A stretch of 64,000 nt of DNA from Bryobacterales bacterium (GTDB lineage Bacteria > Acidobacteriota > Terriglobia > Bryobacterales > UBA6623). Positions within the stretch are counted from its first letter, which is position 1; each line of letters opens with the position of its first letter. The DNA lies in NCBI GenBank assembly GCA_965204435.1, contig OZ241997.1, positions 2,926,160 to 2,990,159 on the forward strand, written 5' to 3'. Shown in pieces: positions 1-9,798 of this stretch. A model generated the notes under the pieces. It was not told the DNA's origin, did not search any database, and saw only the letters and a program-made list of their open reading frames with translations. A program made the position numbers and the translations under genes.

Positions 1-591
1 GGCATCGCCGAAGCCGGTCTGCTCCGCCAAGAACGCGTTGATGAATCCATGGGATCGGTATAGCCCATAGGGAACGGTGAACTTTCGACCCATCGTGCGC
101 TCTTTTTCGAGGTCGCGTTCGTTCGTCACAGAGCTTCGTGTGATCGCATGCTCGAGTGTCATGACAGGTTCGACGGAGCGAGCGAATGAGAGCTGGACGG
201 GACCGCGCACCTGTCCACAGTTGACCTCGGTGCTCATGACGGCCCCGAACGCCCGGATGTCGAAAAAGTTCTCGCACATGAACTCGGTTAGCTGTCGTGC
301 CTTCTCAAGCTCCTTCGGAAGTTTCTTGGCAACCGGTTTCTCTCCGATGGAGTCGTATGCCCTTTGGTGGGCTCGATTCAGGACCGTGCCGTCCGAGAAA
401 TAGATCTCGTTCGGCGGCTTGTTCCCGCGAGTAAGGCTGATGTAGTTTCTGACCTTGCGTTTAAGGCAGACGTCGGTCACGAGCCCATGGCCGGTTTCGG
501 GATCGACACGCGGCAGATTCCCCGCGTCTGGATCCCCGTTCGGATTGCAGTCCTTGGCGTCGAACAGGTATACGAAGTCGAAGCGATTCAT
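1..591 (-). CDS. cas7c: Type I-C CRISPR backbone protein Cas7/Csd2 (runs off the left window edge)
   Basis: Manual translation from ATG at 591: [51 protein letters not shown], the Csd2 signature. Lies downstream of cas8c. Not in the ORF track because its stop is outside the window. Confidence 0.95.
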   Translation of the reverse strand, partial: MNRFDFVYLFDAKDCNPNGDPDAGNLPRVDPETGHGLVTDVCLKRKVRNYISLTRGNKPPNEIYFSDGTVLNRAHQRAYDSIGEKPVAKKLPKELEKARQLTEFMCENFFDIRAFGAVMSTEVNCGQVRGPVQLSFARSVEPVMTLEHAITRSSVTNERDLEKERTMGRKFTVPYGLYRSHGFINAFLAEQTGFGDA

Positions 592-616
592 TGTCTTCTC
601 CTGATGTCCTGGTTCG

Positions 617-2377
617 TCAGCTCTCCCGAGCATCCTCGCGCTTCGTGTAGAAGTCGCGTGTCTGGTGGTAGTACCCGACCGCGAACAGACCTTGGTCGGG
701 AAGGCTTAGGTGGGCTGGGAAGGCGCCGAGCGGCGCTAGGATCTCCTGGACAAGCTTCTCGCGATTGACCTTTCGCCCACCCTCCAGCTTCGCGAGGTGG
801 TGCTGATAGGTACGCAGGAGCCGGGGGAAGATGGTCCCGGGTGTCGATGAGGCAGCACCGTAAGAGCTGTGTCGAATCGTCTTGTTCAAGCTCTGCCCAA
901 GGGCATCCTTCTGGGTCTTCTCCAGCGCTGCAAATAGGCGACCAAGCCGGTAGGCTGGATCGTGTCGTTCCGGATCGAGACTCATGCTCACCTCCTTGCT
1001 CAAGTTCCGTTTGAGATAACCTTTGATCACACAGGCCCGCGCGTAGTTGATGGTCGCGTCCGCGCCGATTCTGCGAATGACGGCGGTATAGAGCCCTACC
1101 GGATAGGGACTCCCAGTGATGATGGCGCGAAGGAGCGGTCCGCCTAGGTACGGCCGGATTTCCTTTGGGTCACGTGCGGTCTGCCGCAACAGCAGCCACG
1201 CTGGCGGAAGCTCTGGATCGGCTCGCCGTCTCCCCGTCGCGGGTTGGGGCTTGAGGCGGATGTCTAGATGGTGCTGGCGGACGTTTTCGAGAAGTCCGGC
1301 AAGTGTTCCGCGATGGAAGAACCGGATAGAGAGTCTAGCTGCATTGGGAGCGAGCCCCAGCATGTAGAAGGGTGTTCGGTCGGGAGCGTCTTCGACTTCG
1401 GTGTAGGCCGCCCGACCCTCGCGCAACGCTTGCAGGAACGCCAACAGCTTCTGTCGGATACCCTCGTCTTGGACCGAATGGTCTTCGGTGATTGCAGACC
1501 CCTCCGAAACGAAGCGAAGGAAAATATCCTCGGTCGCTGTTCGTTGCTCCGTCCAGAAGGCGACCGTCGTGTCACCCAAAGTCAGCCGGTGCCTGGAGCG
1601 CATCGGTCCGTCGAGGATGGCGTTCAGAGCGGTGACGTAGCGGAAGCTAACGTCCTCCAAAACGGGGGCGTTGTAACTCTGTTTCTTGCCGTAGGACTCG
1701 TACGCGTCTTCGTTGAATCCCGCTATGGTCGCTCCTGCACTCTGGGATCCCGCGACGCCCTTGATCTTCGGATGTAACCGAGCCAAGGGCCCTTCCTCTC
1801 CGGTAACCAGGCACTGGCCTCGATGCTCGGACTGCTGTGCTGCGGATCGCATGTCCCACCATCGGGAAACCGCCGGATCTTCGTGGACATGCCTGGTTTC
1901 GCCCTGGATTTGAAACACTCCGAAGCCCGTGGAGGCGGCGTCCGCCAGAACCGGATGATCCTCGGCTAATGCTGGATTCCAATCTTCGAGGAAGCGACAC
2001 AACGCGGAAAAGGATGGCGCCCCGATCTCGGCTTCAAGCGCAAGGTGTTCTTTGCGGAACGCTGAGAATGCATCTCGGGTCCGTTTCCGGTTCTCGTCCG
2101 CCGGCTTGTACCCGAGCATGTATCCGCTGTTGTCCCACAGGAAACACGGATTCAAGCCGGACCCAGGCGGTTTCGCGGCGCCCGGGACAAGCACCTGTCT
2201 TGGCCGCATGACCCCTTCTACGGGTTCTCGAGCATCTTGTATCTCAAACAGATCGCCCTGCGGTGTCAGGACGACTTTGAAGCTGATCTTCTGCTGGCTG
2301 TAGCCGCGGGGCGCAAGATCGTACTCGGCGTCAGCGCTAAGCCGAGTGTAGAGCGCGTCAAGAGACCCAAGTATCAT
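617..2377 (-). CDS. cas8c: Type I-C Cas8c/Csd1
   Basis: 586 aa with [56 protein letters not shown] and [11 protein letters not shown]. An internal ATG (MSLDPER) lies where Cas11c is typically initiated. Confidence 0.95.
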   Translation of the reverse strand: MILGSLDALYTRLSADAEYDLAPRGYSQQKISFKVVLTPQGDLFEIQDAREPVEGVMRPRQVLVPGAAKPPGSGLNPCFLWDNSGYMLGYKPADENRKRTRDAFSAFRKEHLALEAEIGAPSFSALCRFLEDWNPALAEDHPVLADAASTGFGVFQIQGETRHVHEDPAVSRWWDMRSAAQQSEHRGQCLVTGEEGPLARLHPKIKGVAGSQSAGATIAGFNEDAYESYGKKQSYNAPVLEDVSFRYVTALNAILDGPMRSRHRLTLGDTTVAFWTEQRTATEDIFLRFVSEGSAITEDHSVQDEGIRQKLLAFLQALREGRAAYTEVEDAPDRTPFYMLGLAPNAARLSIRFFHRGTLAGLLENVRQHHLDIRLKPQPATGRRRADPELPPAWLLLRQTARDPKEIRPYLGGPLLRAIITGSPYPVGLYTAVIRRIGADATINYARACVIKGYLKRNLSKEVSMSLDPERHDPAYRLGRLFAALEKTQKDALGQSLNKTIRHSSYGAASSTPGTIFPRLLRTYQHHLAKLEGGRKVNREKLVQEILAPLGAFPAHLSLPDQGLFAVGYYHQTRDFYTKREDARES

Positions 2378-2380
2378 GGC

Positions 2381-3100
2381 TCACCTGCTCGCTTCGGCGA
2401 GCGGGGGCACGTTGACGATCCCCTCTCTCATTCGGGCGCGGAAGAAGCGGGGACGAGCCGCGACGCGATCTCCCCGGCTCGACTCGATGATGTCGCCCTT
2501 GGGGTCTGCCGCGAATTCGAAGTCATGCAGCATGAATCCGAGATCTCGGTCGCCGCGAAGCTCCTGCGGACACTCCGGGAACTCATCGACCAGCCGGAAG
2601 TGGGCCGGGAACTCCCTGGTGCCCAGGTACGGGTGATGGAAGTACTGCCCCCGGCTGGCTCGGCGCTTGAAGGCCGCGAGATGCCTGGCCTCGGGGCTCT
2701 GGCCGGGCGTTCCTGGCTGGACTTGCAAGACCTCTACGGAGGCAGCAATGCCGTAACAGACGTCACGGAGCACCATTGCAGCCCTTTGCTGGCGGTCCTT
2801 CTCCACGGCGACCCCGAGGGCACCGCGGCCCGACTTCATCGCAGCCGCCACCCCGGTCTTTCCCTTGACGGGGATCTTGGACGCGATCTCATTCCGGCGG
2901 ATATGGGTGAAGCGGATCGGCCGCAAAACGTGAATTCGGTTGATGATCCAGCGCATCTGCGGCTTCCAGTAGATTGCTTCGAGAATTCCGCGCGCCGCAC
3001 TTGGCGTCATGATGTCGTACGACACCCGCTCGACTTTCATCTCGGCCCGGTTGAATGCCGCCAGATCGCCCCAAACTTCCAACTTGATGCCGTACGCCAC
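2381..3100 (-). CDS. cas5c: Type I-C Cas5d (crRNA-processing)
   Basis: Motifs EVWGDLAAFNRAEMKVERVSYDIMTPSAARGILEAIYWKP, RRNEI and PYLGTREFP. The likely start is GTG at 3100 rather than the ORF-track start at 3139. Confidence 0.95.
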   Translation of the reverse strand: MAYGIKLEVWGDLAAFNRAEMKVERVSYDIMTPSAARGILEAIYWKPQMRWIINRIHVLRPIRFTHIRRNEIASKIPVKGKTGVAAAMKSGRGALGVAVEKDRQQRAAMVLRDVCYGIAASVEVLQVQPGTPGQSPEARHLAAFKRRASRGQYFHHPYLGTREFPAHFRLVDEFPECPQELRGDRDLGFMLHDFEFAADPKGDIIESSRGDRVAARPRFFRARMREGIVNVPPLAEASR

Positions 3101-3113
3101 GGAAGACCCCTTT

Positions 3114-3731
3114 TCAAGCCACCAGCGATCCAGAGACATCTCGATCCAGGTTCGTGTGGTGCTCGATTACCGGATCCTGCAGCTGTCCTTCCAGCGAAGG
3201 CATCGCCACGCGGAACACTTCGGCCGTCTGCTCGATAATGCTGGTGAACGGGATGACGTAGATGACTCGCCGGAGGCGGTTCTGCTGGGCATACCGCAAC
3301 GCAAACGCCAAGGATGACAGGGTTTTTCCGCCGCCGGTTGGCACGGTCAGTGAGAACAGCCCTAGTGTCTGACCGGCAGCGGCAAGACAGTCCTGACGCA
3401 CCTTGACGCGCTCGATGTTGACTGGGCTCAATTCAGGTTCGAGTTCACCCAGGTGTCTGGTTAGGGCGCCCTCCATCTGCTCAATTGAGTTAGCGGGCCA
3501 CAAGGGGCGCGGCTCTGCGTTTTCGCAGTTCATGAACTCTTCGGTGTCGAGGGAATCGGCATCAACGAGACACAAAAAGATCATGCGCACGAAGAACCCG
3601 ATAGAAAAGGCATCACGGCAGGCCATCGCCTGCTTCACGAACTCAGGGGGGCGGAGGCCTGGAGGCGCCACCAAGCTGACGGGGGCATGAACGCCCCAGG
3701 GTTCGACGGTTTTCATCAGGCGCGCCTCCAA
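3114..3731 (-). pseudogene. cas3: Cas3 remnant (end of HD domain plus helicase motifs I/Ia only)
   Basis: RMIFLCLVDADSLDTE, LTVPTGGGKTLSSL, VIYVIPFTSIIEQ and VIEHH are followed by a stop 13 codons later. It lacks the N-terminal HD motifs, DEAH and the helicase C-terminal domain. Confidence 0.9.
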
Positions 3732-3892
3732 GGAAGCGCTCGCTCGCGTTCAAGCACGGTCTGTGACATGCCCTTTGTTCGGGCATCGAGCGATTTCCCC
3801 TCTTCGTTGGTGGAAGCGCAGCGCAGAGCGTCCTTGAGGTGTTCAATGCTTCGTGAGCCACAGCTGCGCCGCGCTTCCATAATCGCTAGCCT

Positions 3893-4174
3893 CTATAGCT
3901 GCTCCGTCTCGCGGGTGATCGCATAGGCATAGACGAATCGAGACTCAGCGGTTCCGCCGCCCTGTCCGACCGCAAGGCCCATGTCGATGAAATGCGACTC
4001 GACGGCCCGAGCTTCTCGATCCGTGGAGGCAGCCACAAAGATCCATGCGCCGTCTTCTCGATCAACGCCGTGATCATCGAACAATCTGAATGGGGGTTTT
4101 CCGTGATGCCAACATCCCAGCGGTGTTCCAAGGCGGCCATTGGCATTGACGTGCGCTTGAATCTCAACGATCAA
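3893..4174 (-). pseudogene. Small conserved hypothetical protein (GIY-YIG-like), apparently with compensating frameshifts
   Basis: One frame gives WDVGITENP; another gives RLFDDHGVDREDGAWIF..ARAVESHF..GGG..FVYAY. Together they resemble a widespread ~95-aa hypothetical family. Confidence 0.45.
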
Positions 4175-4917
4175 CTCGGATCACGCTCGCGTGGGCACAG
4201 TATACAGATCTGTACCCACAAATGCGGCTTGCGTGGCTCGTATCACTGCCAGTCGTACCGAAATTGGGGAAAAGTCACTTAAAATTCATTTAATTAGCGT
4301 GTGCGATCACTGACATTACACCTGAACCGCTTGCGATGGAGGAATTTATCGGGAAGACTCTGGTTGTCGACAGCGACTAGGGGGATTTGTGTCCACGCAG
4401 CGTCATTGTGCCGATTCAGCCGGGCGCAACTGCCCGGAATCGGTTCAGATTGCAAGGTGCGGTCGCTGTCCGAGAAGATTCTTGAGCACCGGGGCTGGAA
4501 AACCACTTCCGAACTCGCTGATGCCAGCCCAACGCCTAGGCTCCTGACGCCAAAGTCCGCCGTCACCGATTGTGATGACGAATTCAGGCCAGTAGATTCG
4601 AGTCCGGGCGTGGCCCCGGTGGCGGTGACAATTACCTTGGCGTACGTGTTGCGTCTAGCCGGCCATTCTATTGTCGCTGGCCAAGAACTTCAGGTTAATC
4701 GGTGCTGGTCGTCAGCTTGATACAGTTTCCATTGACAAACTCGTACGGCTCGTGCGGAGCGTCCGAGCGGGCTCCGACCGCGAGCCAGACGAGCAGGTGA
4801 TGGAGGCTGTCAGGGCCTTGTCCAGACAGTCGTTCGCGCGAGAGCCGGCTTGATTCCCGGCGAGGTAGGCGCGCCGCGACTTCCAACAGACCGCCTTCTG
4901 GGCCACCCAAGGCAGCC

Positions 4918-7278
4918 TTACTGATCGTCGGGCCGTGCCATCCGGTATCCGACCTGGCGTTCGTTGACGATGTAGGCAGGAGTGGCCGCGTTGTCACTCA
5001 GCTTTCTGCGGAGCCGCTTCACGTAGGTGCGCACCAGTCGCGTATCGGCGTTCGGCCTCCCGCTCCACACCCGGCGCAGGAGGGAATCGTACGTCGATAC
5101 TCGTCCGCCGTTCACGCAGAGAGCACGCAGAAGGTCGAATTCCTTGGCTGTCAGCCCCACCGGGCGGCCGCCCACGGTCACGCGACGCTCCGCATAGTGG
5201 ACGGTCAGATCGCCGAGCACGAATGAATCGGACAGCCCGTTCCGCAGTCGCAGGGCTGCCTGGATTCGTGCCAGCAGCTCCGTGGGTGAGAATGGCTTGA
5301 CGATGTAGTCGGCGGCTCCGGCTTCCAGGGCTCGAGCGACCGTCTCGTCGCGGCCGTAGCCGGAAATGAAAATGACCGGCAGATCAGCCAGCTCGGGAGT
5401 GCACTCCATCAGCTCGATGCCGTCCATCCCGGGCATCACCAAATCCAGCAGGACCAAGTGCGGCTGGTGTGTCTCGAGCAGCCGCGGCACTTCCTGCGGG
5501 TCGACCGTCGAGAGCGTGGAGTAGCCCGGCGCCGCCAGAGTGTCCCGCACGTACTTGAGCGTCTGGGGGTCGTCATCGACCACGAGGACGCGCGTTCGCT
5601 CTCTCCCGGACCGGACGGAGTCTGCGGCACTCTGTGCCAGCCCGTCCGTGACGCTGCTGCGAGCATCGCCAGCGGTCGGCAGCGTAAACGTGAACCGCGT
5701 GCCCAGGCCCGCCCCTTCGCTCTCGGCACGGATTCGCCCCCCGTGGGCCTCCACCAGCCCCTTGCAGATGGCCAGGCCCAGCCCAGAACCGCGGATCCCG
5801 CGCTCTTGGTCGCCCCCGACTCGGGCATACTTGCGGAACAAATGCGGGAGCAGGTCGGGCGGCACGCCCTGCCCCTCGTCAGACACCGAGATCGCCACAT
5901 GCTGGCCGTCCCGCTCCGCGGCGACGCGGATGGGAGACGTCTCCGGCGAGTGCCGGGCCGCGTTCGCGAAGAGGTTGTTCAGCACCTGCACGACTCGCTC
6001 CCGGTCCGCCAGTACAGCGGGCAGGTCCGAAGGCAGGTCGATCCGAAGGCCGTGCTGGCCGCCTCCGCTCAGGAACGTCTTGCGGGCCTGCTCCACCAGT
6101 CCCGCCACTTCCTCCGGTTCCGGGGAGACCGACAATGCGCCCGCCTCGATCCGGCCAGCGTCCAGCAGGTCGCCGATCAGCGCGTACATGTGCCTGGCCT
6201 GCTCCTCGATCAACCTCAACAGCTGGCCGGTCTCGCCCCGCGGCGGCGTCGGCGAGCTTCTCAGCGCAGTCGCGGCCGAGCCGATGATCGAGATCAGCGG
6301 TGCCCGCAGTTCATGGCTCACCATGCCGAGGAACTCAGCCCGCAACCGCTCCAGTTCCTCCACCGGGGCCATGTCCTGCAGCGCCACGACTACGGACTCG
6401 ACCGTGCCTTCCTCCGATCGGATCGGCGTTGCGTTGACCAGTGTTGTGACGCTCGCGCCTTCAGGGGACTGAAAGACGACTTCCTCCGCCCTCATGGTCG
6501 TTGCGTTTCCGAGTGCCTCCACTAGGGGGAATTCGTCGAGCGAAATCTCTCGTCCGCTGGAAAACCGGCAAGTCAAGACCTTGAACAACTGCTCCTGCGA
6601 GCGACCCGGCACGCTCAGCGCCCCTGCAATCCGCTTGGCCTCTCGGTTCAACAGCACTGGGCGGCCGGTCCTAGCCTCGAAGACCACCACGCCCACCGGC
6701 GAGGTGTCCACCAGGGCCTCCAGATCGGCGCGGGCACGCTGCTCGTCGCGGTGCGTCCGGGCATTGGCGATCGCCGTTGCCGCCTGCGAGGCGAACATGA
6801 CCAGCACTTCCTCGTCCGCGTCGGTGAACGGACTCTCGCCTTCCTTCTGGCCGAGAAAGAAGTTGCCGATCCTCACGCCCCGATGCAGCATCGGCGTTCC
6901 TTGGAACGTCTTCAGCGGCAGCAGGTCGAAGGAGAAGCCAAGCGAGCTGGCGTAGGTGGCGAGGTCCGGGACACGTAGCGGGCGCGGGAGGTCTCGGAAA
7001 TGCGCGAAGAGCGTCAGGCCTTCCGGCCACTCCAGCAGACGCCGCTGCTCGTCGGCTGTCAGGCCAGAGAAGACGAAGTCCTCCGGCTGGCCCGAATCGT
7101 CGATCATCACAATGACGCCGTAGCGGGAGCCGGTCAGCGCACGAGCACTCTCCACGACCTCTCGCAGGACGGTGTCGACATCTAGGCTCTCGCTGACGCG
7201 CACGCTAGCCTCGATCAGCCTGGAGACGCGGATTCGCTGCTCCTCGATCTCTCGCCTTAGCTCGTCGTTCATATCCAA
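4918..7278 (-). CDS. Soluble hybrid sensor kinase/response regulator (GAF-PAS-HisKA-HATPase-REC-OmpR wHTH), copy 1
   Basis: H-box VSHELRAPL, N-box NLFANAARH, DEGQG, GSGLGL; REC VVDDD..LLDL..KPF; wHTH LTAKEFDLL..VGYRM. No transmembrane segment. Confidence 0.92.
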   Translation of the reverse strand: MDMNDELRREIEEQRIRVSRLIEASVRVSESLDVDTVLREVVESARALTGSRYGVIVMIDDSGQPEDFVFSGLTADEQRRLLEWPEGLTLFAHFRDLPRPLRVPDLATYASSLGFSFDLLPLKTFQGTPMLHRGVRIGNFFLGQKEGESPFTDADEEVLVMFASQAATAIANARTHRDEQRARADLEALVDTSPVGVVVFEARTGRPVLLNREAKRIAGALSVPGRSQEQLFKVLTCRFSSGREISLDEFPLVEALGNATTMRAEEVVFQSPEGASVTTLVNATPIRSEEGTVESVVVALQDMAPVEELERLRAEFLGMVSHELRAPLISIIGSAATALRSSPTPPRGETGQLLRLIEEQARHMYALIGDLLDAGRIEAGALSVSPEPEEVAGLVEQARKTFLSGGGQHGLRIDLPSDLPAVLADRERVVQVLNNLFANAARHSPETSPIRVAAERDGQHVAISVSDEGQGVPPDLLPHLFRKYARVGGDQERGIRGSGLGLAICKGLVEAHGGRIRAESEGAGLGTRFTFTLPTAGDARSSVTDGLAQSAADSVRSGRERTRVLVVDDDPQTLKYVRDTLAAPGYSTLSTVDPQEVPRLLETHQPHLVLLDLVMPGMDGIELMECTPELADLPVIFISGYGRDETVARALEAGAADYIVKPFSPTELLARIQAALRLRNGLSDSFVLGDLTVHYAERRVTVGGRPVGLTAKEFDLLRALCVNGGRVSTYDSLLRRVWSGRPNADTRLVRTYVKRLRRKLSDNAATPAYIVNERQVGYRMARPDDQ

Positions 7279-7693
7279 TTACGTGTCCGCGCAAGCGCTG
7301 CCACAGCGATCGTACACACAGCGATCATACCCAGTTCAGCAAGAGTTCACTATCTATATACTGAAACAGCCTATAGTGTCACAGTTCTAACGCCCATGCT
7401 GCTCATGCTGTCGGGAAACGGCTGAAAGTCATGGTGCCGCTGGATTCAGGCGGCGCGTCGAACTTGTGGAATTATCGCGGCAGTGACGCCAGTTGCCCGG
7501 CACCCCCCGCACAGAGCCAAGCAGGCGCGCTAGCGCACTCGGCTCCTGACTCTGATGTCTGACGGCAAATCGTTCTGTCGGCCACGGGTGGAGCAATCGC
7601 ACTGGCGGCCAGAGCGCTTTGCAGAGTCAGTCCGAGCGCTCCCAAGGGTATCGGTCCTTTGGACCTGTGCGAGTTCCGGAAAATCTGACCGCC

Positions 7694-9690
7694 GTGGAGT
7701 CGAGGAGAAGCGCGCCTGCCGTAGCGTGAGGGAATAGCTGTTTGCCGACCGCTTTCGCGTTCCGCCGGTGCCTCAGTCTTACGCATAGCTACGTTTCTTC
7801 TCCCCGCTCGTTGAACCGGACATGCGGATTTCCCGCATCCGGCTCCCGGTCGAGATCATGCCTTCGCCCATGGGAAGCTGGCCGTTCGCGGTGCAAGGTG
7901 AGTCAGGCCGAACTCAGTCCATAGCCGTGTGTCCGGGAAGCGCACGTACTTTCCGGACCTCACCTTATGCTTCCGGCACAGCCACTGGCGCAGCCGCTTG
8001 GTGGCGTGACGGTCCAGTGCACGGTAGGCCGGGCTGACTTGTCCGAGTTGGAAGTAGTTGGCCCATCCAAGCATGGCTCGATTCAGCCTTTCTACCACTA
8101 GTTCGGATTCCAACAGCCCGTACCGCGCTTCTGTCGTCTCGCTAATCTTGCGGCAGATGCTGCGGACGCTATCCCGGCTCGGTCGCGTGCCGACATAGGC
8201 ACGTCCCGTGCGCGGGCTATAGTTGCGTCCGATGCGGTACCCGAGGAACTCCACCGGTTCCTCCGGCACTCGCAGGCAGCGGGTCTTCGTCGCGTTAATC
8301 GGCAACCGGAGCGTTTCCATCATCCGTTCGACAGTGGCTCGCATGGCTTCCGCCGGGGCCCTGCCGCAGACCACGAAATCGTCCGCGAAGTTCACGATCT
8401 CCGCTTCGTACTGCTGGGCATAGCCCAGCCGCTTCCACCCCAGGATGAACCGCCGCATGTAGACGTTACTGAGCAAGGGTGAGATCGGAGCTCCCTGCGG
8501 AGTTCCCTTTCTCTCCCTTTTCGCCCGGTTCGTGCGGCGCTTGCCGCCCTTCCCGTCGTCCTCTTCCACGGCCATTTCCAGCCACATCTTGATCCATCCC
8601 AGCATCCGTCCGTCGCTCACGCGTCGCGCGATCGACTGGAGTAATTCGGAGTGCGGAATTTCCCCGAAGTAGTTGGCAAGATCGCCATCGACCACTTCCC
8701 TGTGTCCGGTGTTCACCAGCCGGTGCACGTGTCGCACTGCGTCCAGCGCGCTCCGGCCTTCCCGGTAGGCGTACTGTTCCGGTTGCAGGTCCGCTTCGAA
8801 GATCGGCGATAGCACCAGCGTCGCCGCCGTCTGCGCCACCCGGTCCCGGATGCACGGTATGCCCAAGGGGCGGAGTTTCCCCGGCTGCTTCTTCGGGATC
8901 AGCACCTGTCGTACCGCTCGCGGCCGGTAGGTGTTCTCCCGCAGCTGCTTCGCCAGTTCCCCCAGCCACCGGTCCACGCCCTGCTCCTGTATGTGCTCGA
9001 ATGTTTCTCCGTCCGCCCCGCTGGCTCCGCCGTTCCGGCGGACCGCTTGCCAGGCGGCCCCTAGCACATCCTCGCGCCATACCTTGTCGCTGAGTGTGTA
9101 GAACCGAAAGTCCGGGTCTCCCTTCGCTTTCGCATGCAATGCTGTCTGGAGTCTCCGAACCGAGTCTGGAGCTAGTAGGCTTCCGCCAGTCTCCACCTGT
9201 CCTTTCCTCCTTCCCGCATTCCTCTCGACCGAGGCCCCTTCACTCCACCGGTATTACCCGGCTTCCCCGCTACTGCGGGCCTCTCCGTCACCCTGCCGGC
9301 CCAAGCTGGCCCTCGCGGGTTCCCGGTTGGCGCGTGCACGCCACCGACAGGGCTTCCCGTGTTGCTGCTGTCTCCCTCTTACGTGCATGCCACCGTCAAT
9401 ACCCCGGCGGAACCGGCCGGTGCTCGCGTCGCTCGCTTCCCGGCCGCTGGCAGCCTTCCCCGAAATTTGGGCGGGTCGGCTTCCGCATCAATCCTTTCGA
9501 GGCCTGCTCAACGTTCACTACACGTTGTGGCCTGCACGCTCGCTGAACCACCCAAGGCGGTCCTTTCCCATCGAAGTGCTTCAGTCCGTTTCGTTACCTC
9601 CTCGAACCGCTCCGACTGCTACCGGCTGGAGCGACAGTTGCCGGGCGGGCTTCGCATCCCGCTGAGACACAGCGCCTTTCCACGGCGCAC
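7694..9690 (-). mobile_element. Group II intron (ribozyme plus RT ORF), about 2.0 kb
   Basis: 5' end GTGCGCCGTGG at 9690. Domain V GAGCCGGATGCGGGAAATCCGCATGTCCGGTTC near 7812-7845. 3' end ...CTCGACTCCAC at 7694. EBS1 CAAATT (9464-9469) is complementary to the 5' exon end AATTTG. Confidence 0.93.
7856..9196 (-). CDS. ltrA: Group II intron reverse transcriptase/maturase (no endonuclease domain)
   Basis: Motifs RPLGIPCIRDRVAQ, GTPQGAPISPLLSN, FADD, FLGY and maturase GWANYF; 446 aa. Confidence 0.95.
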   Translation of the reverse strand: METGGSLLAPDSVRRLQTALHAKAKGDPDFRFYTLSDKVWREDVLGAAWQAVRRNGGASGADGETFEHIQEQGVDRWLGELAKQLRENTYRPRAVRQVLIPKKQPGKLRPLGIPCIRDRVAQTAATLVLSPIFEADLQPEQYAYREGRSALDAVRHVHRLVNTGHREVVDGDLANYFGEIPHSELLQSIARRVSDGRMLGWIKMWLEMAVEEDDGKGGKRRTNRAKRERKGTPQGAPISPLLSNVYMRRFILGWKRLGYAQQYEAEIVNFADDFVVCGRAPAEAMRATVERMMETLRLPINATKTRCLRVPEEPVEFLGYRIGRNYSPRTGRAYVGTRPSRDSVRSICRKISETTEARYGLLESELVVERLNRAMLGWANYFQLGQVSPAYRALDRHATKRLRQWLCRKHKVRSGKYVRFPDTRLWTEFGLTHLAPRTASFPWAKA

Positions 9691-9798
9691 CAAATTCCGG
9701 AAATTATGGCCGGTTCGTCTGGTCCTGACCGGCCCGATACTGCCCTATCCTCCAGTTCCGGGAGTCCGAGTTCGGACTTCCGGGAACAGGAGGAGTTG

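Noticed and set aside
3731-4918. CRISPR array or mini-array upstream of the cas genes
   Set aside because: No regularly spaced repeats or I-C-type repeat ending ATTGAAAC were seen here or elsewhere in the window.
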